The notes: generated from the sequence alone by a model not told the origin. Shown: positions 10,160-21,446, counted from the stretch's first letter. The stretch: DNA of 64,000 bases from Candidatus Paraimprobicoccus trichonymphae (GCA_036322875.1 AP027925.1:693203-757202), one strand, 5' to 3'. Numbers and translations are program-made.

Positions 10160-10904
10160 AGTGAAAAAAAGATGTCAAAATTGCCAGAGAAAAAATATTT
10201 AGTAACATTTGGAATAATGAAACCAACATTTGATGCGGTGATTGAGATTCTTGAAAAAGCATATGAAAGAACACAAAAAAGAAGAGCGCGAAAACCCAGC
10301 GTTCTAGATATGATGATAATAACACTGAGGTATTATCATGATTATCGAACGATGAAAAATATTGGACTTGAATATGGAGTCCATGTGTAGCGTATTTGCG
10401 AAGCTATTGCTTGAAAGAATGGAGCGTTTTCATTGCCTTTAAAACGCAAGTTAGTCAAAGAAAATACCGCGCGATTATCGAAGTAACAGAGTGCGAAATC
10501 GGACGTCCAAATATAAACAAAAAACGTTATACAATAAAAGATCAGCTAGAGAAACGGGCTTAATTATAGGCGTTTATGAGGAGAAAGGTTCATGTACATT
10601 TTTAAAAGGAGCAAATTTCATTTTTTGAAAAATATTTTGCTCATCGGTGACAAAGGATACCAAGGCATAAAATTGTATCACTCAAACAGTTTGACTCATT
10701 ACAAAAAACTTAAAAATGGCGAACTTACCAAATATCAAAAGTGGTTTAATTCTCAAATTGGAAGCTACAGAGTTCATATTGAGCACGCATAAAATGATTC
10801 AAAATTTTGCAATATCGCTATCGTAATAAACAAAAAAACATTTACTTCTCATTTCTTTAATTTTAGGTATTTATAACTTTGAGCTAGGTTTTAGGATAGA
10901 TCTA
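10160..10904 (+). pseudogene. IS5-like element, sub-type A, copy 2, degraded
   Basis: MSKLPEKKYLVTFGIMKPTF..., AIIEVTECEIGRP, LIGDKGYQGIKLYHSNSLT, RVHIEH. Right terminal repeat GTTTTAGGATAGATCTA ends at 10904. Several stops and frameshifts. Confidence 0.7.
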
Positions 10905-11523
10905 TTTTATTATTCATACTACATGATATTCTACATCATTTAATTTATGGGTTCTTTTTCGGACTTGTTAGTTACTAATTGCTATTTTAATAAAATTTTG
11001 TCATATTTTCAATGATTTTTTCTATTCGATTTTGGTGAAATAATCTGTATAAGATTCAACGTTTTAGTCAATTCGCAAATTTCATCACCCACGTATACTT
11101 TATACATAAGTAAATATAAGTGTTTTTTAAAATGCCAGCTGCATCCGGATGAACTTTTACGTACGTTAAATCTAAACAAAAAATTCGCCTTTTCACAGAA
11201 ATTACTACGTTTTTTTTAAATACACAAAAATATTTTCGAGTACACCACTCATCTATTTACCCTCAATATAGATCGTGTACCAATTATTTCCGATGGATCT
11301 CCATTTACTGCGCACATGTAAAAACGTATTTAACACTTCTAAATTATTTTGTTTGAACAAACTCTAGAAATTAAATTTGTGAATAAAAACTTGTAATAAT
11401 GGAAAAATAAAACTTAGGAGGTATTAAAAAATAAAAAATATAGACAATTTTGAGACAGAAGTAAAATTTATTTTACCCAAAGGTTATATAGATCAAACTG
11501 GAGAACTTCATAGAGAAGGTATT

Positions 11524-11811
11524 ATGCGGTTAGCAAATGCCGGGGATGAAATTATGCCTCTTAATGATCCTAGAGTTAAAATAAATCCTGGCTATTTAAG
11601 TATTTTGTTATTACAAAGAGTTATCAAAAATTTAGGTACTCTAAATAAGATAGATGTTAGTGTTATAGAAAGTTTATTTACAGCAGATATGGCGTATTTG
11701 CAAGATTTATATCAAAAAATAAATTCTGTGGAACCACAAAAATTAACAGTTCAATGTACTAAATGTTCTAATAGATTTGTAGTGCAAGTGCCTTTTTTCG
11801 GGGAAGCCTGA
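11524..11811 (+). CDS. Tail assembly chaperone, P2 gpE-like (conserved region extends upstream to 11428 without an ATG)
   Basis: REGIMRLANAGDEIMPLNDPRVKINPGYLSILLL resembles gpE-type chaperones. The open frame continues upstream (KIKNIDNFETEVKFILPKGYIDQTGELH) to a TAA at 11425. AGGAGG at 11416-11421. Confidence 0.6.
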   Translation: MRLANAGDEIMPLNDPRVKINPGYLSILLLQRVIKNLGTLNKIDVSVIESLFTADMAYLQDLYQKINSVEPQKLTVQCTKCSNRFVVQVPFFGEA

Positions 11812-11999
11812 AAAGTTATCCTCAAGATATTTTATATGAAGAAATAGCTTTTTTGGCTTACTATTTTCACTGGTCACATAAAGAAATTATTAACTTAAAT
11901 CACATTGAAAGACTTAAATTTTGTGATGAAATTTCTAAAATAAATAAAAAAATTAATGAGAGTTCTGGTTTTAAAAAGAAAAATATATTTGAAGTATAG
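11775..11999 (+). CDS. -1-frame extension ORF lacking its own ATG (E'-like; small conserved contractile-tail cluster protein)
   Basis: Frame translation ...FFRGSLKSYPQDILYEEIAFLAYYFHWSHKEIINLNHIERLKFCDEISKINKK... No ATG/GTG/TTG start in this frame. Overlaps the end of the chaperone ORF. Confidence 0.5.
   Translation: MCSASAFFRGSLKSYPQDILYEEIAFLAYYFHWSHKEIINLNHIERLKFCDEISKINKKINESSGFKKKNIFEV
11793..11799 (+). promoter_or_regulatory. Candidate -1 ribosomal frameshift heptamer T_TTT_TTC
   Basis: X_XXY_YYZ heptamer in the zero frame, 10 nt before the TGA of the chaperone ORF. The -1 frame is open from 11775 to 11999. Confidence 0.45.
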
Positions 12000-12014
12000 A
12001 GTGGTGACAATTTG

Positions 12015-12626
12015 ATGATAGAAAAACTAATGAGTTTTTTACAAAATTATGATAAATTAAGACCTTCAAAACGTGCTAGTGCTATGGATTATGTGCAACA
12101 AGGTTGTAACTTCATAGTTACTTTTAATCTTATGTACAAATATGGTTTCAAAGAAGTGTCAGGTATAGAAGTCCGCAAAAAATACGGAACAATCTCTGAA
12201 GGAGGTGTTAACGATCATGCTATTTTAGTTGGCGAGGCCGAAGGCAGTGAACTTAGTCTGGAATTCAAAAGGGGAATGTTGATAAGAGACTACTCATCAA
12301 GTGGAATTAACGCAGCTAGTGCTCTTGCCGCTGCACTGATAAATAACAATCTCCTTCGTAGAACAGCTCTTGTAAGCTTAAATTCGATTACCCCGCAAAC
12401 TGCTCTCGAAAATGGACCTTCTTTTGGCGAAATAGAAGTGTACAATAGGCAGGTTGAGCTAGTAGCAAGATATACTTTTTGGTCCGTGGGAGTAACTAGT
12501 TGGAAATTAGATGAATTAAGCGCCGAAAGCGCTAATCCATTAATAGAAGAATTTACTATAGCTCATAATGGAATAACTAGAGAACCGATATCTATACCAG
12601 AAAGTTTGAAATTAAATAATTATTAA
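12015..12626 (+). CDS. Contractile-tail/eCIS tube protein (T4 gp19 / Afp1-5-like)
   Basis: FIVTFN...GFKEVSGIEV..YGTISEGGVNDHAILVGE...LEFKRGML...IEEFTIAHNGI follows the conserved tail-tube pattern (F.V..g...gF.evsGl..e...y.eGG.n...lpg...l.L.rG). Confidence 0.75.
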   Translation: MIEKLMSFLQNYDKLRPSKRASAMDYVQQGCNFIVTFNLMYKYGFKEVSGIEVRKKYGTISEGGVNDHAILVGEAEGSELSLEFKRGMLIRDYSSSGINAASALAAALINNNLLRRTALVSLNSITPQTALENGPSFGEIEVYNRQVELVARYTFWSVGVTSWKLDELSAESANPLIEEFTIAHNGITREPISIPESLKLNNY

Positions 12627-13245
12627 AAATTATTTTTGCAGAGTTATTTCTATTTTATTTGTTTGGCAAGAGCTGTAAATTTGCTTATACTTCCCTGCTT
12701 TCAGCATGTATATGGTGTTTTTCTGCGATAAATTTTGCACTATTTTTTGTTCATTAAGTTTATTGAAGTTTAAATATTTTGGAGGTAATAAAGTTTTCAT
12801 TTTTTGGTATTTTGATTAATCCCAAAAATCTTGGAGCATCTCAAATTTTGTTACCGGTGTTTTGATTATGGTTTTAGTCATTTACTCAATATATTCAGTT
12901 TAGAAGGTTTATTGCATTTTTTGCATTCATGTTTGGATACTTTATTGCTTTGAAGTTTCCATATTTTTGATTTTACGATAAACGCAATTTAATTTTTATT
13001 TTGACATTATAATTTTTGATTATACATGATTTTTTAATGTCATTAAATAATAATCAAAATTTATCTACTACAGTAAAAACCTTGACATTCCTTATGCCTA
13101 AAGGAAGGGGATTCTTGGGGGGTGCATACAGAAGTGTATTTCTACCATCTTTAAGCCCCGAGATATGCCATTGCCTCCATCCTAAACCAGTGCATACAGC
13201 AGTTTAGGCTGGTTTCCTTTTACCAAAAACCACAGGTGCGTTTAT

Positions 13246-14127
13246 AATAGACCTGTTTCTAAACTCAAAAACCTAACCTATGATTATACAAACTTGCAAT
13301 TAATTTGACCTTGAGTAAACCTCTTTTTCCTTTGTTTCTGTAAATTTCTTTACAAATTCTAAATATTTTTATTTCTCTATTAATGTGTTCAATTGTGATT
13401 CTTTTTTGTGCCAAAAGCCTATTTTCAACGATTTATTCTTCGGTGAGAGGATGATTTTTTGTAGCTTTTTTTGGTATTTTAGCATTCGGAAAAAATTTTT
13501 GAATTCCTTGATACCATTTATCTGCATAAATTTTAACTTCTTTCCCGAGTATTTTGGTTAAAGAGTTTTTAAATATTACAAAATTGTGTGTTGCGCTGGT
13601 TACATTAAAAACATCAAATGTTTTACGTGTTTTTGCATTAGCTAAAATTTGATATTTTGTTGTGTGCCTCTTTTTTTACTTGAGTATGATACTTTTTGTT
13701 TGTACTTCGAGGCTGTTCTTCAACATCTAAGAACAACATTTCAAAATTATTTTTTTCAGTATTATCGGATTTAAAACGTTTTTTAATCTCTTTGATCTTG
13801 AACTTTTCCTACCGTCTTAAAACATCTTCCACCCAAATTATATATTTGCATAGCGTTGACTTTGGTACTTCATAATCAAAGGCCATATGACGCATATTTT
13901 CTGTATCCTCGCCAATATTCAAGTGCATCTGAGTTCAACTGAAAGTCCATTCCTTCCACCTTTTCTGTGTGTCTATTGATACTTTTTTTAAAATTTTTAG
14001 CATTTTTTTGAATACCGCTTTTGTGACTCCTGTGATTAATTTGAAATTTTGGTCTTTTTGTTTTTTTATTTTTTCATACTTATTCATTTGTTTATTTTAC
14101 CATTTTTTGTTTTTGGACAGGTCTAAT
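13246..14127 (-). pseudogene. IS5-like element, sub-type B, complete ends, transposase frameshifted
   Basis: Terminal repeats AATAGACCTGTTTCTAAAC (13246) and GGACAGGTCTAAT (14115-14127). Minus-strand fragments ALEYWRGYRKY, FDYEVPKSTLCKYII, KKRHTTKYQILANAKTRKTFDVFN, ADKWYQGIQKF, RITIEHINREIK. Confidence 0.75.
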
Positions 14128-15741
14128 ATAATTTGTCGGTTTTTTAAAATTTTTGAATTTTAAAGTTTTTTTGCTGATTTCCCGATTGGGGTATTATATT
14201 TTATTAAAAAATCTTTGCCTCGTCTGTACTTTTTGATTATCTTTGATATATAAGAATTGTATTTTCCCTCTAAATGTTGCGTAAAAATTGTATTCCGTCA
14301 AATATGCAAAGTAACCAGTCCGCAGCTAAGCAATAATAATTTAAGATACCGCATGTTTCAGTATTGTATCTTTCTACAATTTTGTAATCGGGTAGATATA
14401 GCCAATCTTTCTTGTGCAGTGGTCTAATTTTTTGCTTCTTTTCGCCTTGTTACACCGTTTTAAAACATCATTTTTTCTATTTTCTTGAACGGAACTGATA
14501 AATTTACTTTACCATTTAGTATTCGGGCTTTTCTTCCAAGCAAATCGATTTTTACTTCTGAATTTCGACGCACCGAAACATCATACCCCAAAAATCTTAC
14601 TTCTTTACTACTGTGAGTAATTAATGTTTTTTCTTCGATTAAAATTATTTTTAATTCTGTGTTGACTTTGTAATTCTTTGATTGTTTTTAATAACGCCGT
14701 CTTTTCTTCAGGCGAGGCATCTTTTTTATTGCCTAGCACATTTAAATAAATGTTATCAAAAATAGGTGAGAGTTGGGGGTGTACCCGAGTAAGTTTGGTG
14801 GTGCTTCCAGTTTTTCATATATTCGAAAATCTCGGATAATATTTATAAATTTGCCATCCTTAATTTTTTGATCAAGCATTTCAATGAGTTTATCATGGTT
14901 TATGTTGTCGAAACAGCCTTTGATGTCGCCTTCTATGAACCATATTGCACTATTGAACGGGTATAACAACGGGTCTCATTTTTTCCATTAAGCCTTTTGA
15001 TAAATCCCCTGCGTAATGGCTTGGATTTAAAAGTACCATTTGTAAGTTCTGTTATTAACTTTTCAACATACGTTCTTCCCTAATTCATCTATCGTATCAT
15101 TATCAGTACCTGGATTCAGAGCATCATTGTTTTTGCTTGATTTTTGATAAGCAACGTAGTACGTAAGAGGTATCTGTAAAAATGAGTATATACGCCAACT
15201 TTATGGTCACTAGAATTTTTAAAAATACGCTCCAAAATATCAGTCGTTGGCTTTGTCACGGATTCTCCGTCCTTTCAACTTTCTTATTTTGAAATATACT
15301 AACTGCCTCCCTTTGACGCTTTCCCGCCCTTGGATTAATATGAAGGCTCTGTTACCATGTGGAATAAACTCCCTTTAGGTAATCCCCAATTAACTTTGTT
15401 TCTTGGATGTAAATTATCGGATATGCTTTATAGTCTGTTAAAATATGTTCCCGTGCTTACTTTGCAATATTGTGGTAACAGTGTGTACGAATACGACATA
15501 CAAGCTCATTGCAATATTAGGAGCTAAGAGTTTAATTTCCCGGTTAACAGACTTTGCATTAGGCAAGATAGCCCTATTTCCATATCTACTGCTAATCGTA
15601 ACCTTAACTCCAGAACAATTTGCCGCTTCCTCACCGTGCATTGATCAACTTTTGTTTTGCAGTAAAGTAAGCCTTTCTGCTGCGTTATCATGCAGCATAG
15701 TTCCAATTATCTACTATAAACAAAGCCCTATCTGGGTGCAC
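14128..15741 (-). pseudogene. Group II intron fossil with dead reverse transcriptase/maturase
   Basis: Minus strand starts GTGCACCCAGATAGGGC (GUGYG-like 5' end) followed by ~470 nt of structured RNA. RT fragments [65 protein letters not shown] domains 3-4 and the YADD segment are deleted. The 3' part is cut by the IS at 13246-14127. Confidence 0.7.
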
Positions 15742-15889
15742 ATATTCTTTTCATATTATATTTTGTGGTTTTTAGGATAGGTCTAATAAAGGAAAAATCT
15801 ACGTAGAAACAAAAAATCACCATTTAAACAAATTAATACTTGAAATACCAGCTTTATTGTTATTATTTTTAGAGAGGCTGTTCATGTGA

Positions 15890-16143
15890 AATAGGAAATT
15901 AAAAATGAAAATCATAACATTGATCGGAAAAAATATGTCTAAACCACTTGATTTTCAAGAATGTTCGTTTGATCTAATTACAGTTTTTAAGTTATGAGGC
16001 CATGATAAGTAAAACAACTTTAACCGAAACTGATATTCTCGACAATTTTTATATCTTATTTATCTTGTATGCTTTATGTACAAACAAAAATTTTTTCTTT
16101 TTTACTTTAACCAAATTTTATTTTATGTGAACAGGTTCTAAAA
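15890..16143 (+). pseudogene. IS5-like 3' remnant with degenerate right terminal repeat
   Basis: Short transposase C-terminal-like frame ending near GTGAACAGGTTCTAAAAA, which resembles the GGACAGGTCTA repeat. Confidence 0.35.
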
Positions 16144-16381
16144 AATAATGAACTCAATCCATTCTAAAATATAAATATTATAGATTTTCTTGAGTCATCT
16201 TAATAAAAATATTTCATCGTCGCTTTTACGTATTTAAAGTATAACATCTTCCTGGCAGGTGGTGTATACAAAAATCCACCAATCATGCCAATAAACACCC
16301 ACTAACCTCATTCTTTTGAATAATGAGCCACAACCAAAAATCTAAAATTTTAATTCTTAAATTTTAAAATAATTAAGAAAA

Positions 16382-16621
16382 TTAATTAGTATCGTTCTGA
16401 TCATCAGGATTATTTGAACTAATAGACGATTTTTTACCTATTTCCTTCCCTATATAATAAGAATTACTTGCAATCTGAGCTTGATTTTCATCTTCAAGGA
16501 AAAAAACATCTTGATCCAAATCATCATCGAAGACAAAAAATCCTACTTTACCATCATATTCTCCTTCTCTAACACCTCTGCCTGAGACCTTTTCTAAATT
16601 TTCATTAAGCAATTTTTTCAT
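16382..16621 (-). CDS. Hypothetical small acidic protein (79 aa)
   Basis: Intact ORF with GGAGG-type RBS (GTAGGAGGTACGG upstream of the ATG on the minus strand). N-terminus MKKLLNENLEKVSGRG. No recognisable family. Confidence 0.45.
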   Translation of the reverse strand: MKKLLNENLEKVSGRGVREGEYDGKVGFFVFDDDLDQDVFFLEDENQAQIASNSYYIGKEIGKKSSISSNNPDDQNDTN

Positions 16622-16941
16622 AAACCGTACCTCCTACAATATTTTAATACAGTGGTATTCGCTAACCAAATATGGCGCCCCCCGTATGTAACACTATTTT
16701 ACCTCTTTTATTTATAAGACAAATAAAACGCAATGTCAAGTGTTTTTTAGTAACTGCTATCCAAATATTAAAGATCAGAGTTATTTGGTTTGTAATTGTT
16801 TATCAGAAGTCACTAAACTCCTCTCAAATATAAAAAGATATTTTTTTTATTTTTCACACCTAGCAATTTTAATTAAATTTATATTATATCTTCGAAATTT
16901 TTTGCTCGAAAAACTTTAAATTACAAAATTTAAAAAAAGTA

Positions 16942-16970
16942 TTGATAAAAAATAATAATAATAGTAAAGT
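16942..16970 (+). promoter_or_regulatory. hrcA operon promoter
   Basis: TTGATA-N17-TAAAGT immediately upstream of the CIRCE element. Confidence 0.5.
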
Positions 16971-16975
16971 ATAAA

Positions 16976-17002
16976 TTAGCAGTCTTAACATAAGAGTGCT
17001 AA
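16976..17002 (+). promoter_or_regulatory. CIRCE operator (HrcA binding site)
   Basis: TTAGCAGTC-N9-GAGTGCTAA against the consensus TTAGCACTC-N9-GAGTGCTAA. Confidence 0.85.
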
Positions 17003-18057
17003 TCGAAAATATAAAGAAGGTGGGGAGGTTAGAATTAAGCAAAAGAAAGTTAAAAATTTTATCTGCTGTAGTAGAAAAATATATTAAAACTGGAGAACCT
17101 GTTAGTTCGGGGTTAGTATGTGATCATTTAAATTTTAATATTTCTTCGGCAACCATAAGAAATGAAATGGTTGAACTTGCTAAGTTTGGGTTTTTAGAAC
17201 AACCACATACATCGTCCGGTAGAGTACCGTCTTGTAAAGGCTATAGGTTATTTGTAGATAGAGCAATGAAAATAAAACCTATTTCCACGGAAGAAAGAAA
17301 TTTAATAAGTGGAATTTTATATTCTCGCTCAGATGATCCCGAAAGTTTAATAGAAAAAACTTCTAAAATATTAGCTGATATTACTAATTTTGCGGTTTTG
17401 TTGACTAGTCCATCGAGTTCTGAAGCAAGAATAAGAGATATCCAATTTGTTCAGACTGGTAGAAAAAATTTAATGATAGTTTTGATGACTAGCGCAGGTA
17501 TGATAAAAAATAAATTGTTTAGATGTGATTATGATGTAACACCAGAGCTGATTGAAATTTTCAGTAGATTAGTAAGTGAAAATTTTAGAAACAAATTATT
17601 AAACGAAATATCTTCAGAAAGTGTTAAATTTTTGGCAGATTATGATAGTGAAGTAGAAAAAATATTATTTCCAATTTTTAACGTTTTGATAGAGACAGCT
17701 CAAGAAGCTCAAAAAATATCTATTAAGTTGGAAGGTCAAAATAATTTACTAACTGTCCCAGATACAAATACAGATGATTTAATGTATATATTTAGTTTTT
17801 TAAATAATAAAAAAAATATTTTGGATTTGGTTTCAAATTTAAGTAAAAATAAATTTGATATATATATAGGCGATGAATTAAAATACCCAGAGTTAAAAAA
17901 TTTGAGTGTTATTTTTACTAAATATAGTATAGGAGATAAATTTGGTGATATAGGTTTAATAGGACCCACAAGAATGGATTACGGGAAGCTCATTTCAAAG
18001 TTAAAATATATTTCTGACACTTTGGGAGTAATATTAAATAAAATGTTAGATTTATAA
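16996..18057 (+). CDS. hrcA: Heat-inducible transcription repressor HrcA
   Basis: LSKRKLKILSAVVEKYIKTGEPVSS and the full-length family pattern. The tracked GTG start (16996) lies inside CIRCE, so the true start is probably downstream (GTG 17020 or later). Confidence 0.9.
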   Translation: MLIENIKKVGRLELSKRKLKILSAVVEKYIKTGEPVSSGLVCDHLNFNISSATIRNEMVELAKFGFLEQPHTSSGRVPSCKGYRLFVDRAMKIKPISTEERNLISGILYSRSDDPESLIEKTSKILADITNFAVLLTSPSSSEARIRDIQFVQTGRKNLMIVLMTSAGMIKNKLFRCDYDVTPELIEIFSRLVSENFRNKLLNEISSESVKFLADYDSEVEKILFPIFNVLIETAQEAQKISIKLEGQNNLLTVPDTNTDDLMYIFSFLNNKKNILDLVSNLSKNKFDIYIGDELKYPELKNLSVIFTKYSIGDKFGDIGLIGPTRMDYGKLISKLKYISDTLGVILNKMLDL

Positions 18058-18076
18058 AAAGGAGGAGAAGTATTTT

Positions 18077-18595
18077 TTGAAAGAAGAAAATGAGGGAAAA
18101 ACAGATTTTGAAGAAAGTCAAAATGAATCTGAAAATTCTGAATCTGAATTAGAAAATATAAAAAAAGAACTAGAAAATTATAAAGATAAATTTATAAGAG
18201 TAGTGGCCGAGTATGATAATTATAGAAAAAGAACAGAAAAAGAAAAAGTATCGATTTATTCATGTGTAGTTTGTGATACTGTTTCTAAAATTTTACCGGT
18301 CATAGATAGCTTAGAACTAGCTAGTAAGAATCTAAAAGAAAGTAAAAATGTAAATTCAGAATATCAAAAAGGTTTGGATTTAGTAAATAATCAAGCTTTA
18401 GATTGTTTAAATAAATTAAAAGTGGAATCTTTTGGAAAAATTGGAGAAGAATTTAATCCAGATATTCACAATGCTGTATCTCATGTGAATAATGAAAAAA
18501 ATAAAAAAAATAATATTATAACTGAAGTATTTCAGAAAGGTTATAAATTAGAAAATAAAATTATAAGACACGCTATGGTCCAAGTGACTAATTAA
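18077..18595 (+). CDS. grpE: Nucleotide exchange factor GrpE
   Basis: Acidic N-terminus, FIRVVAEYDNYRKRTEKE, C-terminal beta domain. TTG start after AGGAGGAG. Confidence 0.9.
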   Translation: MKEENEGKTDFEESQNESENSESELENIKKELENYKDKFIRVVAEYDNYRKRTEKEKVSIYSCVVCDTVSKILPVIDSLELASKNLKESKNVNSEYQKGLDLVNNQALDCLNKLKVESFGKIGEEFNPDIHNAVSHVNNEKNKKNNIITEVFQKGYKLENKIIRHAMVQVTN

Positions 18596-18615
18596 AATAA
18601 AATTAAAATTTTTAG

Positions 18616-20484
<1,869 letters not shown>

Positions 20485-21446
20485 TAATTTTAATTATGTA
20501 GAATTTGAAATTTATGTAAAGTTGGAGGTGATGTTTTTTATTCTTTTAAAAAAAAGACCTAAATTTGAATATGTGTGGCGTATATTCAGCGAATGGTATA
20601 AAGTTGGTGGTAATCCAAGGCATTGATGTTAATATTTTTAGATATTTCTTTAAGATTTTGTATGATCTTTTTTCTTATAATATCCATAATATTATCGCTA
20701 TACGGAGAAAACAAATTGATCAAAGTTTATATCTCGTTTTCTGTCTTAATATCTGACATCCAGAGACTAATAATATTACTCAAATATTTTCTGTTGGCAA
20801 CACAATCGTATAACTTGAAACTGTATAACTATCATGTTTCAAATATTGAAATAAAAATTCGAAAAATTGTAAAAGTAATATTTGATATTTTATAGAATTT
20901 GGCGTTATAATGAATTTTTTTCTTAAATTTCATGACTTACTGTATCTGAAGCTGTATATTTCAATAGCTTTTACCGTACTGTTTGATGATTAAATACGTT
21001 AGTTTTAAGTCTTCTAAGCCGAATATTATATGTATAGTTTCATCATATAAGGTAACTCTTAGTATAATAATTAAAAAATCTCATTATTAATATTTGATAT
21101 TTATACTTAACTGCAAATTTTAGAGCAAATTTATTTATTAAGTCCTAATTTTTAGGATGGCAATCAGTTATAAAAATAAAATATTTTTGAAAAAAGTAGT
21201 TGACTAATTTAAATAATTATCGTATAGTTTATGTGCAAGGTGAAACTTGTATAAATATCAGTATAGTTTTGATATAAAACAAACGAGAAAACAGCGAGAG
21301 TATTAGCAAAAGGATATGTTGATACTGGTTGGGTATGTTTAGCTTACAGGAAGAGTTTGTGCCTTAGAAGAGTTGTGTTGGAATTTTAAAATTTTGAGAG
21401 GAGACTGCAGAGTGGAGTCAAATAGTAGAGTTTATATAAAACCGCG

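Noticed and set aside
20528-20640. RBS + ATG right after dnaK as a possible dnaJ start
   Set aside because: The frame closes after 31 codons, and the peptide (MFFILLKKRPKFEYVWRIFSEWYKVGGNPRH) has no J-domain features (no HPD motif).
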